Below, in pieces: positions 40,521-53,276 of a stretch of DNA of 64,000 nt. This DNA comes from the human T2T-CHM13v2.0 reference genome, Homo sapiens, in the NCBI RefSeq assembly GCF_009914755.1, contig NC_060936.1, one strand, 5' to 3'. How positions within the stretch are numbered: the stretch's first letter is position 1; each line of letters opens with the position of its first letter. Position numbers and translations under genes: made by a program. Under the pieces are notes generated by a model. The model ran no database searches and had not been told where the DNA came from. It saw only the letters and a program-made list of their open reading frames with translations.

Positions 40521-41344
40521 CCAGAGGCCACCTCGGGTTTCTTCTCACTAACCAAGCGACTTCGTGTTTACCTCGCAGGAGACGCCTCGGCAGTCCTCAA
40601 CTTGTGTGCGCCGGTGGCCCTCTCCTGTGGGACTTGCGTTCCAGCTGTTCTCAGAGCGGGTATGATCGGCCTCCAGTAGACTTGGAGGGTCACGGGTGAG
40701 ATTTTGATAAGGTTCAAATACTCCTCACTCCTGCCTCCGGTTTCCACCAAAGTTACCATTGTACTACTACCAACAGTTGTGGAAATTTACTTTGGCAAAG
40801 GTTTTGTGTTTTTGTTTGTTTGTTTTTCCCCCCAAAAATTATGCCAATTAAATCCGACCTTAAATGACAAGGCTTTTCTCTCATGTTTAAAATCCCATTT
40901 TTTTCCCCTTGCCATAAATAAATAAAAATAACTTGTGGCTTACAGGCTGCTTAATACCACAACATTTTAATGAGCATGTCAGGTAACCCACAGGCTTCAG
41001 TTCTTTGTTGCTTACAAGTTCCATCCGTAAGTGTGAGTTGCTCACTTAGTCTGGGGTAACAACCGCAGATTCCCACAGAGAAGAATCAGTGTCTTAAAAC
41101 AAGGTAATACCAACCCAATGGTCTATGAATAGGTTGGAATGGCGGTACTTTAAGTAAAAGTATAAAGAAATGGTTAACATTATGAGGAACTTCCAGCAGT
41201 ACTAATAATCAACCCTGTTGTTCAGGAGACATTCACTTGCTAAACTTTAAGGCTAGGCATTTACTGCCTTGAAAGCAAAGCAAATGAAGATTTTGACCAA
41301 CTGCAACATTCAGGCTCTAAAATAGAAATATGAATGAATTATTA

Positions 41345-41472
41345 AATAATAGGTAACATTTACTGAGCACTTACGATTTTCCAGGCATCTGTGCATTATC
41401 TCATTTAATTCTTACAACTCTATGAAGGTTTCATTATATTATCCTCACTTTACAGATTAAAAAAAAGGCTTA
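41345..41472 (-). mobile_element. MIR SINE
   Basis: aacatttactgagcacttac...tctcatttaattcttacaac...tcactttacagat. Confidence 0.8.
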
Positions 41473-42254
41473 GATCTGCAACTGGTAGTTTTGGAAGAAC
41501 ATTCTTTTCCTTAAACAGGAAACTCTAAATGCCCTCTGTTTTGTCCACCTTCGTGCCACTGTCTGCTTCTGTGAGGGTCAGGATAATAGTATACCTGAAA
41601 CCGCCCTTTTAGCAAGCGGCAGGGCCAGGACATAAGCTCAGACTAGATGTCTAATTCACTTGCTATACATGTAACATGTAAAATAAAAAAGACCTGCATC
41701 TTGACTGGTGTACTCTTTGATAAATGGGACCTGATTACTTGATGGAGGCATGTTTGACTATCTTTGTTTATGACATTAGCAAACTTTCAATGGGTTTGGA
41801 AGTGAGGCTATTTAGTTCTGTGTCTTACTCTGCAATCCAGACACCTGTGACTTGAGGTAAAGTAAGTGTTTTCTTGGTTTCCCAATCATGAGAGTGACCG
41901 AAGAATGACATTTTCCAGGTCATCATTCTCTTGTGGATATTGTTCTCTGATAACAATATTGGGCAATCTCAAAGAGCTGTCATTTCTTGGCAGTGAACTA
42001 CAGGCTATTTGGAAAGGAGGTGTAAATCACTTTTTCATCATGTCCAGTCCTCTGCACTCTAGAGTCATTTGGGATGTTTTGTGTCTGCACTACCTCTAGA
42101 GAATGATGGAAATCTAATTCTCTGTCAGCTTTTCTACCTGGCTAGTGAAAATGCTTCTTGGGAGAGCTGGGAGGGGAAGTCGCTGTCCATGGTGGTCGTT
42201 ACTGAAGCCCCATTCAGCAAAATCGGTTCATACTCTAAATACTGGAATCCTGCT

Positions 42255-43228
42255 TAATTAAACTAAGGAGCTTCTGCACAGCAAAATAATAAACAGAGTA
42301 AACAGACAACCTTCAGAATGGGAGAAAATATTTGCTAGCTATGCATCTGAAAAAGGACTAATATCCATAATCGATAAGGAACTCCAATCAACAAGAAAAA
42401 AAAAAGCATTAAAAACCGGGCAAAGGACATGAGCAGACATTTCTCAAACGAAGACATACAAGTGGCCAACAAACACATGAAAAATGCTCACCATTGCTAA
42501 TCATCAGAGAAATGGAAATTAACAGCACAATGAGATAGTCTCACACCAGTCAGAATGACTATTATTAAAAAGTCAAAAAATAACAGATGTTGGTGAGGTT
42601 GCCGAGAAAAGGGAATGCTTATACACAATTGGTGGGAATGTAAATTAGCACAACCCCTGTGGAAAATAGTATAGGGATTTCTCAAAGAGCTATAAACAGA
42701 ACTACCATTCGACCCAGCAATCCCAATACTGGGTATCTACTCAAAGGAAAATAAATTGTTATATCAAGAAGACACCTGCACTTGTATGTTTATTGCAGCA
42801 CTATTCACAGTAGAAAAGATATGGAATCAACCTGTGTCTATCAGTGAATGCTTGGGTAAAGAAAATGTAAATATACACCATGGGATACTATGCAGCCATA
42901 AAAAAGAATGAAATCATGTCTTTTGCAGCAACACGGATGGAGCTTGAAGCCATTATCCTAAGTGAAATAAAACCAGAAAATCAGTACCACATGTTCTCAT
43001 TTACAAGTGGGAACTAAACAATAGGTACAAATGGACATACAGAGGGAAACAGTAGACACTGGGAACTCCAAAAGCAGGGAGGATGGGAGGGGACTGAAAC
43101 TGAAAAATTACCTATTAGGTATAATGTCCACTCTTTGGGGGATGAGTACACTAGAAACCCAACCTCACCGTTATACAACATATCCATGTAACAAACCTGC
43201 ATCTATAAAAATAAAAATAAAAAATAAA
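42255..43228 (+). mobile_element. L1 (L1PB/L1MA-like): end of ORF2, 3'UTR and A-rich tail
   Basis: aaactaaggagcttctgcacagcaaa...gaactaccattcgacccagcaatccc...tatgcagccataaaaaagaatga...aaaaataaaaataaa. Confidence 0.92.
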
Positions 43229-44348
43229 CAGCTGTTAATTTTGCAAAATAAGTAAATATTACAGTCTGGAAATTAACTTCATCATGGCACTAATGAAATT
43301 TGGTGATATTCTCCAGTACTGTATATTAAAACATAAAGATCTTATCAGTATAATCTACTGGTTGGAGTAAAAACATTAAATAATTCACAGGAGAATGACT
43401 TTTTACTCTATGGCACTAAAATAGCCCCTATTCATTGTCAAATTTTAGATATTTTTAGGTACCAGAACAGCATAAAGGGGATAAATCATTTCCTGAAACC
43501 CTCTCACCTTACAGCAAAGAAAATAGCTACCTATAGAGGTTAACCACCATAATTAGAAGCAGGCGTAAAACCATGAATTCTTGCCACAGAATCACTTATC
43601 ATGATTCTGTGATGCACCAGGATATTGAATGTCAGAATCATTCTTTCTTCAGTAATTTCATTTTTTTGCTTAAAAACAATTTCCAATTTATGTCATTTGA
43701 AAAACAGATAATATATAGTCTGATGTAATATGTAGCTCATGTTCATTTATGTGGAGTGTATCTAAATCTTATAATATTCTAGCTGTATTAAGTAATATTG
43801 TTTCCTGCAAAGTGAGACAGTAGAAAAAACTCTTATGGTACCAATTTCTGACCACTGTAACCCAGTGAAAAGCAAAGCATTAATTTCATTACAGGTCATC
43901 AAGAATGCAACCGTCAACATAAACTGCTTATTTAAGAGCAGCCATTTTCTATCAGAAAGGACTAATATTAAAATTCCCCACTTTCCTATATTCTCCCTTT
44001 GTATTAAAAAATTATCCAGGGGACCATGTTGAATATTCCAGTCTCAAAAATCCAAAGATGGTGGTAATTTTTCTAAGAGATATGTAAGGCCCTTTGTAAG
44101 ATTTAGAGGAATAGGATTTTAAGAGTTTATTCATTTGTTTAGTAGTAGTATAATGCAATAGTTAATCTCCTGACTTTGGAATAAGACCTGTGGATTCAAG
44201 TCATGGGTATTTAACTTAATTGTTTTGTGATCTTGAGTAAGTTACTTTTTTGAGCCATGCTGTTCTAATTTGTGATATGAATGTGATAATAATGTAAGCT
44301 ACTTCACAAGAGTTGTGGTTGGAAATAAATTAGATTACCAATATGTAG

Positions 44349-44392
44349 TACTTTTCACTAAGTACCACACTACTTTTCACTAAGTACCACAC
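44349..44392. repeat. Perfect tandem duplication, 2 x 22 bp
   Basis: tacttttcactaagtaccacac twice. Confidence 0.97.
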
Positions 44393-44394
44393 AT

Positions 44395-44769
44395 TGGTAA
44401 TATCATTTGGCCAGGTTAAAGTTTCCATTTACTCAATCAAAGACTAATCTAGGTGTTTCTGTGAAGGTATTTTGTAGATGCAATTAAAGTCTATAGTCAG
44501 TTGACTTTAACTAAAGGAGATTATCTTAGATAATGTCATTCAACTAGTTGAAAGTCCTTAAGAGCGGCTTCCCTGAAGAAGAAATTCCACCTGTGGACGG
44601 CAGTTTCGGCTCATCCACAAGAGTTTTCACCTGCCCTTCCTAATGGCTTGCCTTAGCTCAGTCTTGTCCAGACAGTCTCCACAATCATGTAAGCCAATTC
44701 CTTGCAATAAATCTTTTTGTATATGTCTCCTACTGGTTCTGCTTCTCTGACTGAACCCCAACTAACACA
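44395..44769 (+). mobile_element. MLT2 LTR (ERVL)
   Basis: actaatctaggtgtttctgtgaaggtattttgtagatg...ctcctactggttctgcttctctg...actaacaca. Confidence 0.85.
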
Positions 44770-47579
44770 CCATGTAAAGCATTAACTATAGTATCTGTGA
44801 CATAATAAACACTCCAAAATATTAGTTAATTTTTTAAATTAACCCTTATTGAACATCTCTCACATTTATAGCACTGAGGTATACACTCTGATAAAAATGT
44901 CTGAGAGCTCTGAAATAGAATAGGGATAGATAGATACTTATTGTCTCCAATGATAGTAACCTCAACCAGGAAGGGATTTAATGTTTTAGTAAAATTTCCA
45001 GGAAAACAAGGGAAAAGTGCCAATGGGTTGATTATTCCATCTGGAGCTATGTAGGGGAATTATGCAAATTCAGTATGAGGCCAGTTTCCTGGGTTAGGAA
45101 GACAATGAACAAAAAGGCAGTTACTGTTTTCTCAACAGATCCATATAGATGTAGCACCTGAAACTAGACACACCAGTTTCCATGGATCAACCATGGAATT
45201 CCATTCTGTAAGAAAAATTTATTTACGACTTGGTCTTAAGCCAATTGGAATTATATACTTGATAACTGCCTTGAGATTCTTGGAGGAAGAAATACGCTCA
45301 TATTTAAGAGTATTAAAGTAAAAGATCTTTCTTATTTCAATGTTAGCTTATCTTAGTATTCTACATTGTTAGATCTTTGAATTTGTTTTGTGCATTTTTA
45401 AGCAAGGAAAAAATACTTATATCACTAAAAAGCAGGCATAGCACAAACCTACTTAAATAGAATCTGCCTCCGTCCTTCAGAATTATAATGCCAAACTTAC
45501 AAAACTTAAGGCTGGAAATATCTCAGATGAGTAAACAAACCTCAGGGAGGTAGTCTCAGATATAAATAGGATTAAAAGGTGATGAGAAAGTAAGAGAGAG
45601 TGAGAGCATGCCTTTTGGTTTTATATTAAAGCTCTGATAATTTAGAGTGAATCTTAGAAATAGAAATGTTTTAAATTGTGTGTTTGCAGGTGTGTATGTG
45701 TGTATTCACTAAAGACAGCTGTCCCATGATCCTTTATACCATAATAGTAATTTTCTCAAAGGCAGTGCTATTGCTGTAAAAATACTTTTACTCATTATGC
45801 AAAGATTTATTGAATACCTGTGATGTCATATGTCGAGCTGGTTGCTAAGGGATAGGAAAGTAAATTAGAGATGGACTCTAATCTTGTGGAACTCTCTCTG
45901 GGCAACTCTAATTTATCCTTATGGATTTCAACTAACACGTGACTTTCTCTAGGAAATTTTTGTACTTCCCTTGCTCTGCACTGGCCTAGGCAGTTCTCTT
46001 TTGCTCTCACAGTAACTTTGCTTCCACTAATATTGCATTTATCATTTTTTTTAGTAATTAGTCAATTGCTTATAAATCTCCCTATAAGACTGCATGAGGT
46101 CAAGGACCTTGTTTATGTGAACCTCTATTTTTGCTCGGCTCTTGTCCTCAAATAGGCATTAGGTAAATATTTACAGAACGAGTGAAAGAAAGCTTGGGAC
46201 ATGTTGAATTTTAGTTGCTTTCCAAATAGAAATATGCAGGAAGCAGAAAATATATAAACCTGGAGCTGAGGACAGAGATGGGTGCAAGGGATACAAATTT
46301 GTATTAGCTGATTCCTGGTAGTTGGAAGGCCTGGGTGGATTATCTTCAATGAGGCTCACATGTAGAATTATGAACGAGAAAGTCTGAGGTCAGGACTCTG
46401 GACAGCGTCCACACTCTCCATTTTATCTGTGGGATGAAACATGGCCCACATGGCTAGGATGGAAATGTTTTGGGAAACCCAAAGCCCAAATAAATCTTTT
46501 CAACCATGTGAGTAAGTTTCTAATAGATATTTCAGAACTAAGTTACTGTAGAGACAGGAGCACTATAAATATGGATTTATAATCATGACATTGTGGAACT
46601 TTACCTTCCAATATGTAGAGAGCAGGGTTTTCAATTTCGCAAAATAAATAAATGAATAAATGTTAGCATATGTTAATAGAGGGCACAAAATAGAAGTCAG
46701 AGAGAGAAAGAGTGTCTGTGGGGACTCAACAGACTCTGTGGGAATCAGACTCTCTGATTTTCTCTCTCAATGGAATCAAGGAGTCCCACGAGTTAGGCAT
46801 TGGGAAAGGCTCTCTGGGTGGTGAACAGACATGTGTGGCTATTGGTGGTGAATGTCCACCACAGAAGCAGCGTGGCTCTTCCTTATACTCAAGGCTTTTT
46901 TTTGCCATTAATGAGAAGTAAGACACAGACTGACTCCCAGCACTTACCAATTTTATTATTCTTATTGCCTCCTCATACTTTGCCATGGGAAAATCCCTGT
47001 TTGGATCACAAATTTAAAACAATAGACTGCCTGTTAACCATGGGCATATTTACAGATCTGACTATGAGCTAATACAACCCAGAGTGAGCAGAAGGGACTT
47101 ATACTTTTTCCTGAAGGCAAGCAGGCTTGGAATCCAAGGGGAATGAATATAAACACTGAGACCCATCTGCCCCAGTCTTCTGAATTAAAACCTAGGGACT
47201 TCTTTTGTTAACTCTGTTCAAGGCCCAAACCACATACAGCTCCATTGAGCCACAGCTAAGATTTTTGCTTGCAGCCTTTGCTTAGAACTGGCCCCTGAGA
47301 GTCAGTTTCATCTGTACAGCACAGTTGGTAAGTACCTCATCCTTCCCACACCTTTAAGCAACAGAACAGCCACAGTCAACACTTACAGCAACTTTCAAGG
47401 TTAGCAATGAAAGAAGAAGGCTGCAGTAACCTCATCTGGATGCCTGTTTTACTAAGTAATTATACATCCCAAATTTCACAGGACAACCTTCTTTAAATGA
47501 ATCAGATCATAAAATCTGATTTTTCACTTAGGAAAATATGGTTAAATCATATTAGAGACTCATACTTGGAGTCTTCAAG

Positions 47580-47810
47580 GAGGTAGCATAATATACAGAA
47601 AAAAAGTCCATGGACTCCGACCGTGGTTCAAGTTCAGCTCTATCATATTTACTGGTTGTAGACCCTGAGCAACTTGCTTAACCTGACTGCACCTCAGTTT
47701 CTGCATCTGTAAAATGAGGATAAGTGTTCTTTAAAGATGTTGTTTAAGGATTAAATATAAGTACACTCATATAAAAATCTAGCACAATGCCTGGACCACA
47801 ATAATTATTC
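47580..47810 (+). mobile_element. MIR SINE
   Basis: gttcaagttcagctct...acctcagtttctgcatctgtaaaatgagg. Confidence 0.85.
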
Positions 47811-48214
47811 AACCAGAGAATCAAGTTCACCCTAGTACAAATTCATAAGCATTCAGAATCAAGAAGTTATTCCAGCTTATCAACAGAACTAAATAATAAA
47901 GCTCATTCCCACAGCACCTTCTAGTGTGCTTATCAGCTGTGTAAGTGAGGAGGAGCCCATGAACTTGGGAGGGGACAGTAACTTTTTATATTGTAGACTC
48001 ATAAAAATGATTTTATTTTTTTCTCTACAGGATTTTTAGAGGACAAAATAGTCTCTCATTTGATGGTGATTATGTACATTATTATGATAATTCTCTAGGA
48101 ATGCACATTAAGGATTTTGAAATATATTAGAAGGACAAAGGAAGAAAGAATGACATAATAAATATTAAAACATAATTTGGGGTTGGGATAATTGAATCTT
48201 AGGATAAAATATGG

Positions 48215-48757
48215 CTGATGGCCATTGTTTTTTCCTGCTCAACACCCGGTGCTCTATTTCTGTTACCAATAGTCTGATTTGTTACTGGGGACCCAACTCT
48301 CCCACACTTAGCTATGAAATCCTAGATAATCAACCTTAAAAGAGCTGGCCATGGAGTGGACCCATGAGCCACTGGCCAAGCAGAAGATTCCATCATGCAG
48401 CCACAGTGGTTTGTTCAGAGACGGTCAGAACCAAGACTGTTGGAACTACTGGGAAAAAGGGGAACTCTTCTCACTGGGGCTTCTGATGATGAGCTTGGTA
48501 TTACCAGGGTGCCAGGTGTAATGCCTGGAGCTGCCAAGGGCCATCTTGTGGAGAGGGTCTACCCAAGAGTGAAGCCAGCGCAGAGAAAAGCAGAGCAGAG
48601 ATATGGATTGGAGTCCAGTGATAGTTTTTGAGGCTCTGGATCCAGTCATGCCTGAAACCTTTGGACTTTATCTCTTATATGAGCCAATAAATTTTTCATT
48701 TTACTTCAGCCACTTGGAGTTGGATTTTTGGCAGTTGTAACTGTAAAGTGTCCTGAT
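48215..48757 (+). mobile_element. Old MLT1 (J/K-type) LTR
   Basis: ctggatccagtcatgcctgaa...atgagccaataaattt...ttggagttggatttt. Confidence 0.75.
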
Positions 48758-50099
48758 TTCTTCAGCAGGGAACTTAAGTATAATTTATCTCAACCTCCCC
48801 TCTGATGTTTGAATCTTCTCTACAACTTCTAATGAAAGAGTCACTCAATCAAGGCTTGGACTCCTCCAGTGATAGGGAGCTCATTACCAACTGAAGAAGC
48901 CCATCCATCTTTGAGACTTATATTACTGCAAAATTTTTTCTTATATCAAGTGAAGGTTTCTGAAACCTTTGTAATTACCACTTATTTTGTACCCAGTAGA
49001 GGCCAGAGACCCTGTGCTATGTTATACTTAAAAATATACATTGTGATTTAATTCTCAAATTAAAAATTTGAAAATTTTATTTTTGAAATAATTTAATAAA
49101 TTAAATTAATAAAAATTAATATCTAATGATATTAAAATTATTTTAGAAGCTGCTGCACAAATCCAAGTGAGAAATGATGAGAGGCTGAAGCAAGGGCTAT
49201 GGGGGTGGGGATAAAGAAGATGAGGAGGGATCCAGTGATGTACAGATGTAGCATACAGGTGACTGAGTGGAGGGTGAGGGCAAGAGTGAAACAGGAGACT
49301 TGGAGGGCCTCCAGAAAATAGACAGGTGTTGAAAAGCAGGGAGAAACAACCTGGATGGGAAAGATGAAGGTTCTGCTGTTTATCCCAAGAGTTACCATAA
49401 GTCGAAGGGGTCACTACTTCCAAGGACACATGATAGCTCTACAAATTTCTTTAAAATTTTAACTGAATCTGGTTTAGTGTTAAGAAATAATCATGAACAG
49501 AATTGGATGTGCATCAAAAGCAAAGTTTTAGAAAGACCTGCAATTTTTGCACAGACCTTTAATCACATGAGTGCAAGTCAGAATAACACTTTTATGTTCA
49601 GCCCTTAAGACTGGTTTCTCCCTTCTCTCCTCCTGCCAGTGCCCCAGAAGGCAGAGGAGAGGATCCAGAGAACTCAGCACGAAGATGCAGCAGAGTTTGC
49701 CTGAGCCACAGGGGATGGGAGTCTGACCGTGAGGTCCAGGAACCAAAGAGAAGTGCATTCCAGTGGAATATGTTTCTAGGAATGGGAAAGAGGGAGAAAG
49801 GGAAGAAACATTTTATGTATACCTACTATGTGCCAGGTCCTTTTTATGTAGGATTATTATTATTATTTCAGTATCACTTTTTTTTTTCCCAAATGTAAAA
49901 ACTGTGGAGGTCTGCAAAGTTAAGTAATTTTCCAAGATCAAGCAGCATTAGAATTAAGTCCAGGATGTATGTATGCCTCTGAGATCTGTAATTTCTTCAT
50001 TATGCTATGCTGTCTCCTTAAATAATTAGCAGTTATAAGACGCAAGTTATAAGGTGACAAAATACATTGACATGGTATCTGGATTAACAACAACCCAGA

Positions 50100-50260
50100 A
50101 GGCTAGTATTTCTAATATTGTTTCTATTTTATAGATGAGGAAACTGAGTCCCTAAGAGGTTCATTGACTAGCTCAAGGCCACACAGCTAGTAAGTAGAAC
50201 CATAGCTGGAACTAAAAATTCCCATCTCCAAGATCAGTGTATTTTCCCATGACACTGCAG
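50100..50260 (-). mobile_element. MIR SINE
   Basis: attttatagatgaggaaactgag...ctcaaggccacacagctagtaagt. Confidence 0.85.
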
Positions 50261-50503
50261 CTACTACGCTGGGCAAGCTACTATGAAGCTGGACTTTGTC
50301 AGAACAGTGACAGATAACAGCTTTGCTCTGAAACGTTCTTTCCTTCAAAGGAACACACCCAACCTAATGCTTGTGGTGGCGCCTGCTTTCACCCACATTG
50401 GCTCACAAGAGAAAGACTCCAAGGAAAAAAGGAATGAGGGTCCCTAGAGTTTCTGATGAGGGTAGGGCGGAGGTGCTTTCAAGGATGGTTAACCCTCTCT
50501 CAG

Positions 50504-50812
50504 GGCTGGGCGCAAAGGCTCCTGCCTGTGATCCCAGCACTTTGCGGGGCCGAGGTGGGAGGACTGCTTGAGTTCAGGAGTTTGAGACCATCCTGGACAA
50601 CATAGCGAGACCCCATATCTACAAAAAATTTTTAAAAATTAGCCTGGCATGGTGGTGCACACCTGTAGTCCCAGCTGTCCGGGAGGGTGAGGCAAGAGGA
50701 TCACTTGCGCCCAGGAAGTTGAGGCTGTAGTGAGCCAAGATCGTACCATTGCACTCCAGCCTGGGTGACAAAGCAAGAACCTGTCTCAAAAAAAGAGAAG
50801 AAAAAGAAAAAA
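50504..50812 (+). mobile_element. AluJ
   Basis: Full dimer with J motifs (aggatcacttgcgcccaggaagttgaggctgtagtg). Confidence 0.92.
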
Positions 50813-51849
50813 GACATGAGACGTAGGAGCCAGGCATTTTTCAGCCACAAATACCAAGTGGATAAAAAAAAATAATGAAAAGAATAGAAGAATGGTTAGC
50901 CCACTCTCTTTCTAGTGAACCCTGGGATAAGGTCTATGGTGCAGTGCTGTGAAAATTCACTCAATCCACGAGATCTATACACTTTGTTGGGACCTGGGAT
51001 AGAATGAACCAGTGTTCCCTTAGAATGGAAATGACTGAGTAGAAATAATGTGGGAAGCCACATTAACTCTTTCAGGCCATTAGGCTATCATTTAGTAAAT
51101 TACTACATTGTTCTAAATGGGTCCCTAGTGGGTATGGAGGGTGAGAATGTTCTAATTTGCTTTTCTCTCCTTTCTCTCAGCTGCTTTCTCCTACTATGAT
51201 GTAGAACAAGAAGTGGTTTAATAACTGCTCTATTCCAAATCACTGAATGCTCTTATAACTACTGCATAAAAGTGCCCCTGCAGGTCTGCTATATTGAAAT
51301 GTGTGGAATCAAATCTATGCATATGATATGAGGGGTGGGGGCTGCAATCTGGTACCCACAGGATCTAGAAGTAACTCGAGGAACCAGGATATCCCTGATT
51401 TTAAATTCTAGGTTAATGGAGGGCGTGTGACCGAGAGCCCCATGTTCCTGGGGAGGGAACAGATGCCACTGGAAGCTGCAGGGCAGGAGTTTCTCCACCT
51501 AAAAGGGAGGATCCACAACTCTGATCTGAGGAGGAGTCCGTGTCTCTGCCTTGGCATGTATATTACAAGAGAAAATCATAGGAAGGGCAAGGATGTTCCC
51601 TGACGACTGGCTTCCCTCTGTCACTCAGGATGCATGGCCACTGTTGGTTGAAGGAACTATCATTTTTCTCCCTGATTGAAAAACAAAAGAATCAAAGCTC
51701 TCCCTTGTGCTTACAAATCTGGGGATATTAATTAAATACCTAGTAGAGATGCTGGGGCCTAATATTATTGCATAATGGTGATTACAGCAACAATGCATTA
51801 TATAGCATTAAATGTTTTTGAAGCACTTTCATATTCATTTGTTTTTTAA

Positions 51850-52016
51850 ATAATTTTTGTTTTTATTTTTTTCCAGTTTCATTGAGGTAGAATTAACAAG
51901 CAAAACATGTACACCTGTATGTATTCAAGGTGTATGATATGTTGTTTTGACATACATACACACTGTGAAATGATTTCCACAATCAAGCTAATGAACATAT
52001 CATCCCCTCACATAGT

Positions 52017-52060
<44 letters not shown>

Positions 52061-52208
52061 ATGGTGAGAATACTTAAGATCTGCTCTCTTAGTGAATTTC
52101 AAGTATACAATACATTATTATTAACTATAGTTACCATGCTATATTATTAGGTCTCCTGAACTTATTCATAACTGCAAGTTTGTACCCTTTGTCCAACATC
52201 TCCCCTTT
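51850..52208 (-). mobile_element. L1MA-type 3' end with an internal (TG)17 microsatellite at 52022-52056
   Basis: tgtgaaatgatttccacaatcaagctaatgaacatatc...aatttcaagtatacaatac...ctcctgaacttattc. Confidence 0.85.
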
Positions 52209-52225
52209 GCATATTCGTTGTTGGT

Positions 52226-53276
52226 CAGGGCTATCTTGATGGACATATGAAGATGGGCTCCATGCTTGGTTTAATTCTCTGCAGTCACAGTCTTGTAATT
52301 CCAAATAACTTTAACTTGGAATTAGTATTTTGTAAGCAAGGTCTGATGGGACTGTGGAGCATGTGCTGGGCTTGGAACCTCAGCTTGATGCCGTCCTGCC
52401 TTCCTGGGATGGGTTTTTGGCTGCCAGCTCCCTGTCTCATGCTGGTCCTGCTCAGGGCCCTGCCCACTCCACCCCCTTACCCCACAACCACTGCTGCAAT
52501 CAGGTGGCACTGGCAGGGGGAAGAAAGAGACCAGCTTGGATTCAGTCCTTGACCACTCTCTTCCCCCAATGGTGGTGGTGGGGGAGTCTCGACATGGACG
52601 GTCATCCACCTCATGGCTTTTTGGGGTAGGCAAGGCAGCAGCCATCCTTGTCCCTAATTGCAACATCATGGCTTGTTTGGTGGGTGATATAGTTTGGCTA
52701 TGTCCCCACCCAAATCTCATCTTGAATTGTAGCTCCCATAATTCCCACGTGCTGTGGGAGGGACCCAGTGGGAGATAATTGAACCAAACTGTTTACCCCA
52801 TACTGTTCTTATGCTAGTGAATCAGTCTCACAAGATCTGATGATTTTATAAGGGGTTTCCACTTTTGCTTGGCTCTCATTCTTTCTCTTGCCTGCTGCCA
52901 TGTAAGATGTGCCTTTGCTTCTCCTTTGCCTTCTGCCAGGATTGTGAGGCCTCCCCAGCCACATGGAACTGTGAGTCCATTAAACCTCTTTTTCTTTATA
53001 AATTACCTGGTCTCAGGTATGTCTTTATTAGCAGTGTGAGAACAGACTGATACAGGGGGCAATACAGTTGGTGACTCTGCATGAGTCTCTCACCCATCTC
53101 TGACTCAAGTACCAAGCACATCCTGGCCTAGGGATTGTAATCTGTTGGGTAGTCACCTGTCTGCTGTGGGTTGGGAGTGGTGGGCCTGTAGGAAAGGGAG
53201 ATTGACTTCCCTGTCCCTGGCCAGGCCTCACAGTTTCATTTTATACCAGGCCTTGCAAAATATATAGCCAGACCTG
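52226..53276 (+). mobile_element. MER45-family hAT-Tip100 DNA transposon, interrupted by THE1
   Basis: 5' cagggc...gcttggtttaattctctgcagtc...; 3' tttcattttataccaggccttgcaaaatatatagccagacctg. Confidence 0.7.
52685..53053 (+). mobile_element. THE1 MaLR solo LTR
   Basis: tgatatagtttggctatgtccccacccaaatctcatcttgaattgtagctccc...attaaacctctttt...gactgataca. Confidence 0.92.

Larger units (their letters stand above)
39400..40700. promoter_or_regulatory. CpG island promoter
   Basis: Very high GC and CpG density in an otherwise CpG-depleted, AT-rich window; GC boxes, (CG)5 run and a GGC tract. Confidence 0.95.
44145..44820 (+). mobile_element. MIR split by an MLT2 LTR
   Basis: MIR core at 44145-44340 resumes at about 44770 (catgtaaagcatt...taataaacactc). 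Confidence 0.7.

Noticed and set aside
39482-40699. Long overlapping ORFs (357, 316, 260, 154 and 127 aa) in the CpG island
   Set aside because: They are open on both strands in several frames and are low-complexity Ala/Arg/Gly/Pro. This is expected from stop-codon scarcity at very high GC, and no domain is recognisable.
39400-40700. Assigning a gene symbol
   Set aside because: Several minus-strand genes with non-coding first exons fit this architecture. I could not match the sequence to any of them from memory.
43583-43609. Small hairpin cacagaatca-N7-tgattctgtg
   Set aside because: A 10-bp stem is expected by chance in 64 kb.
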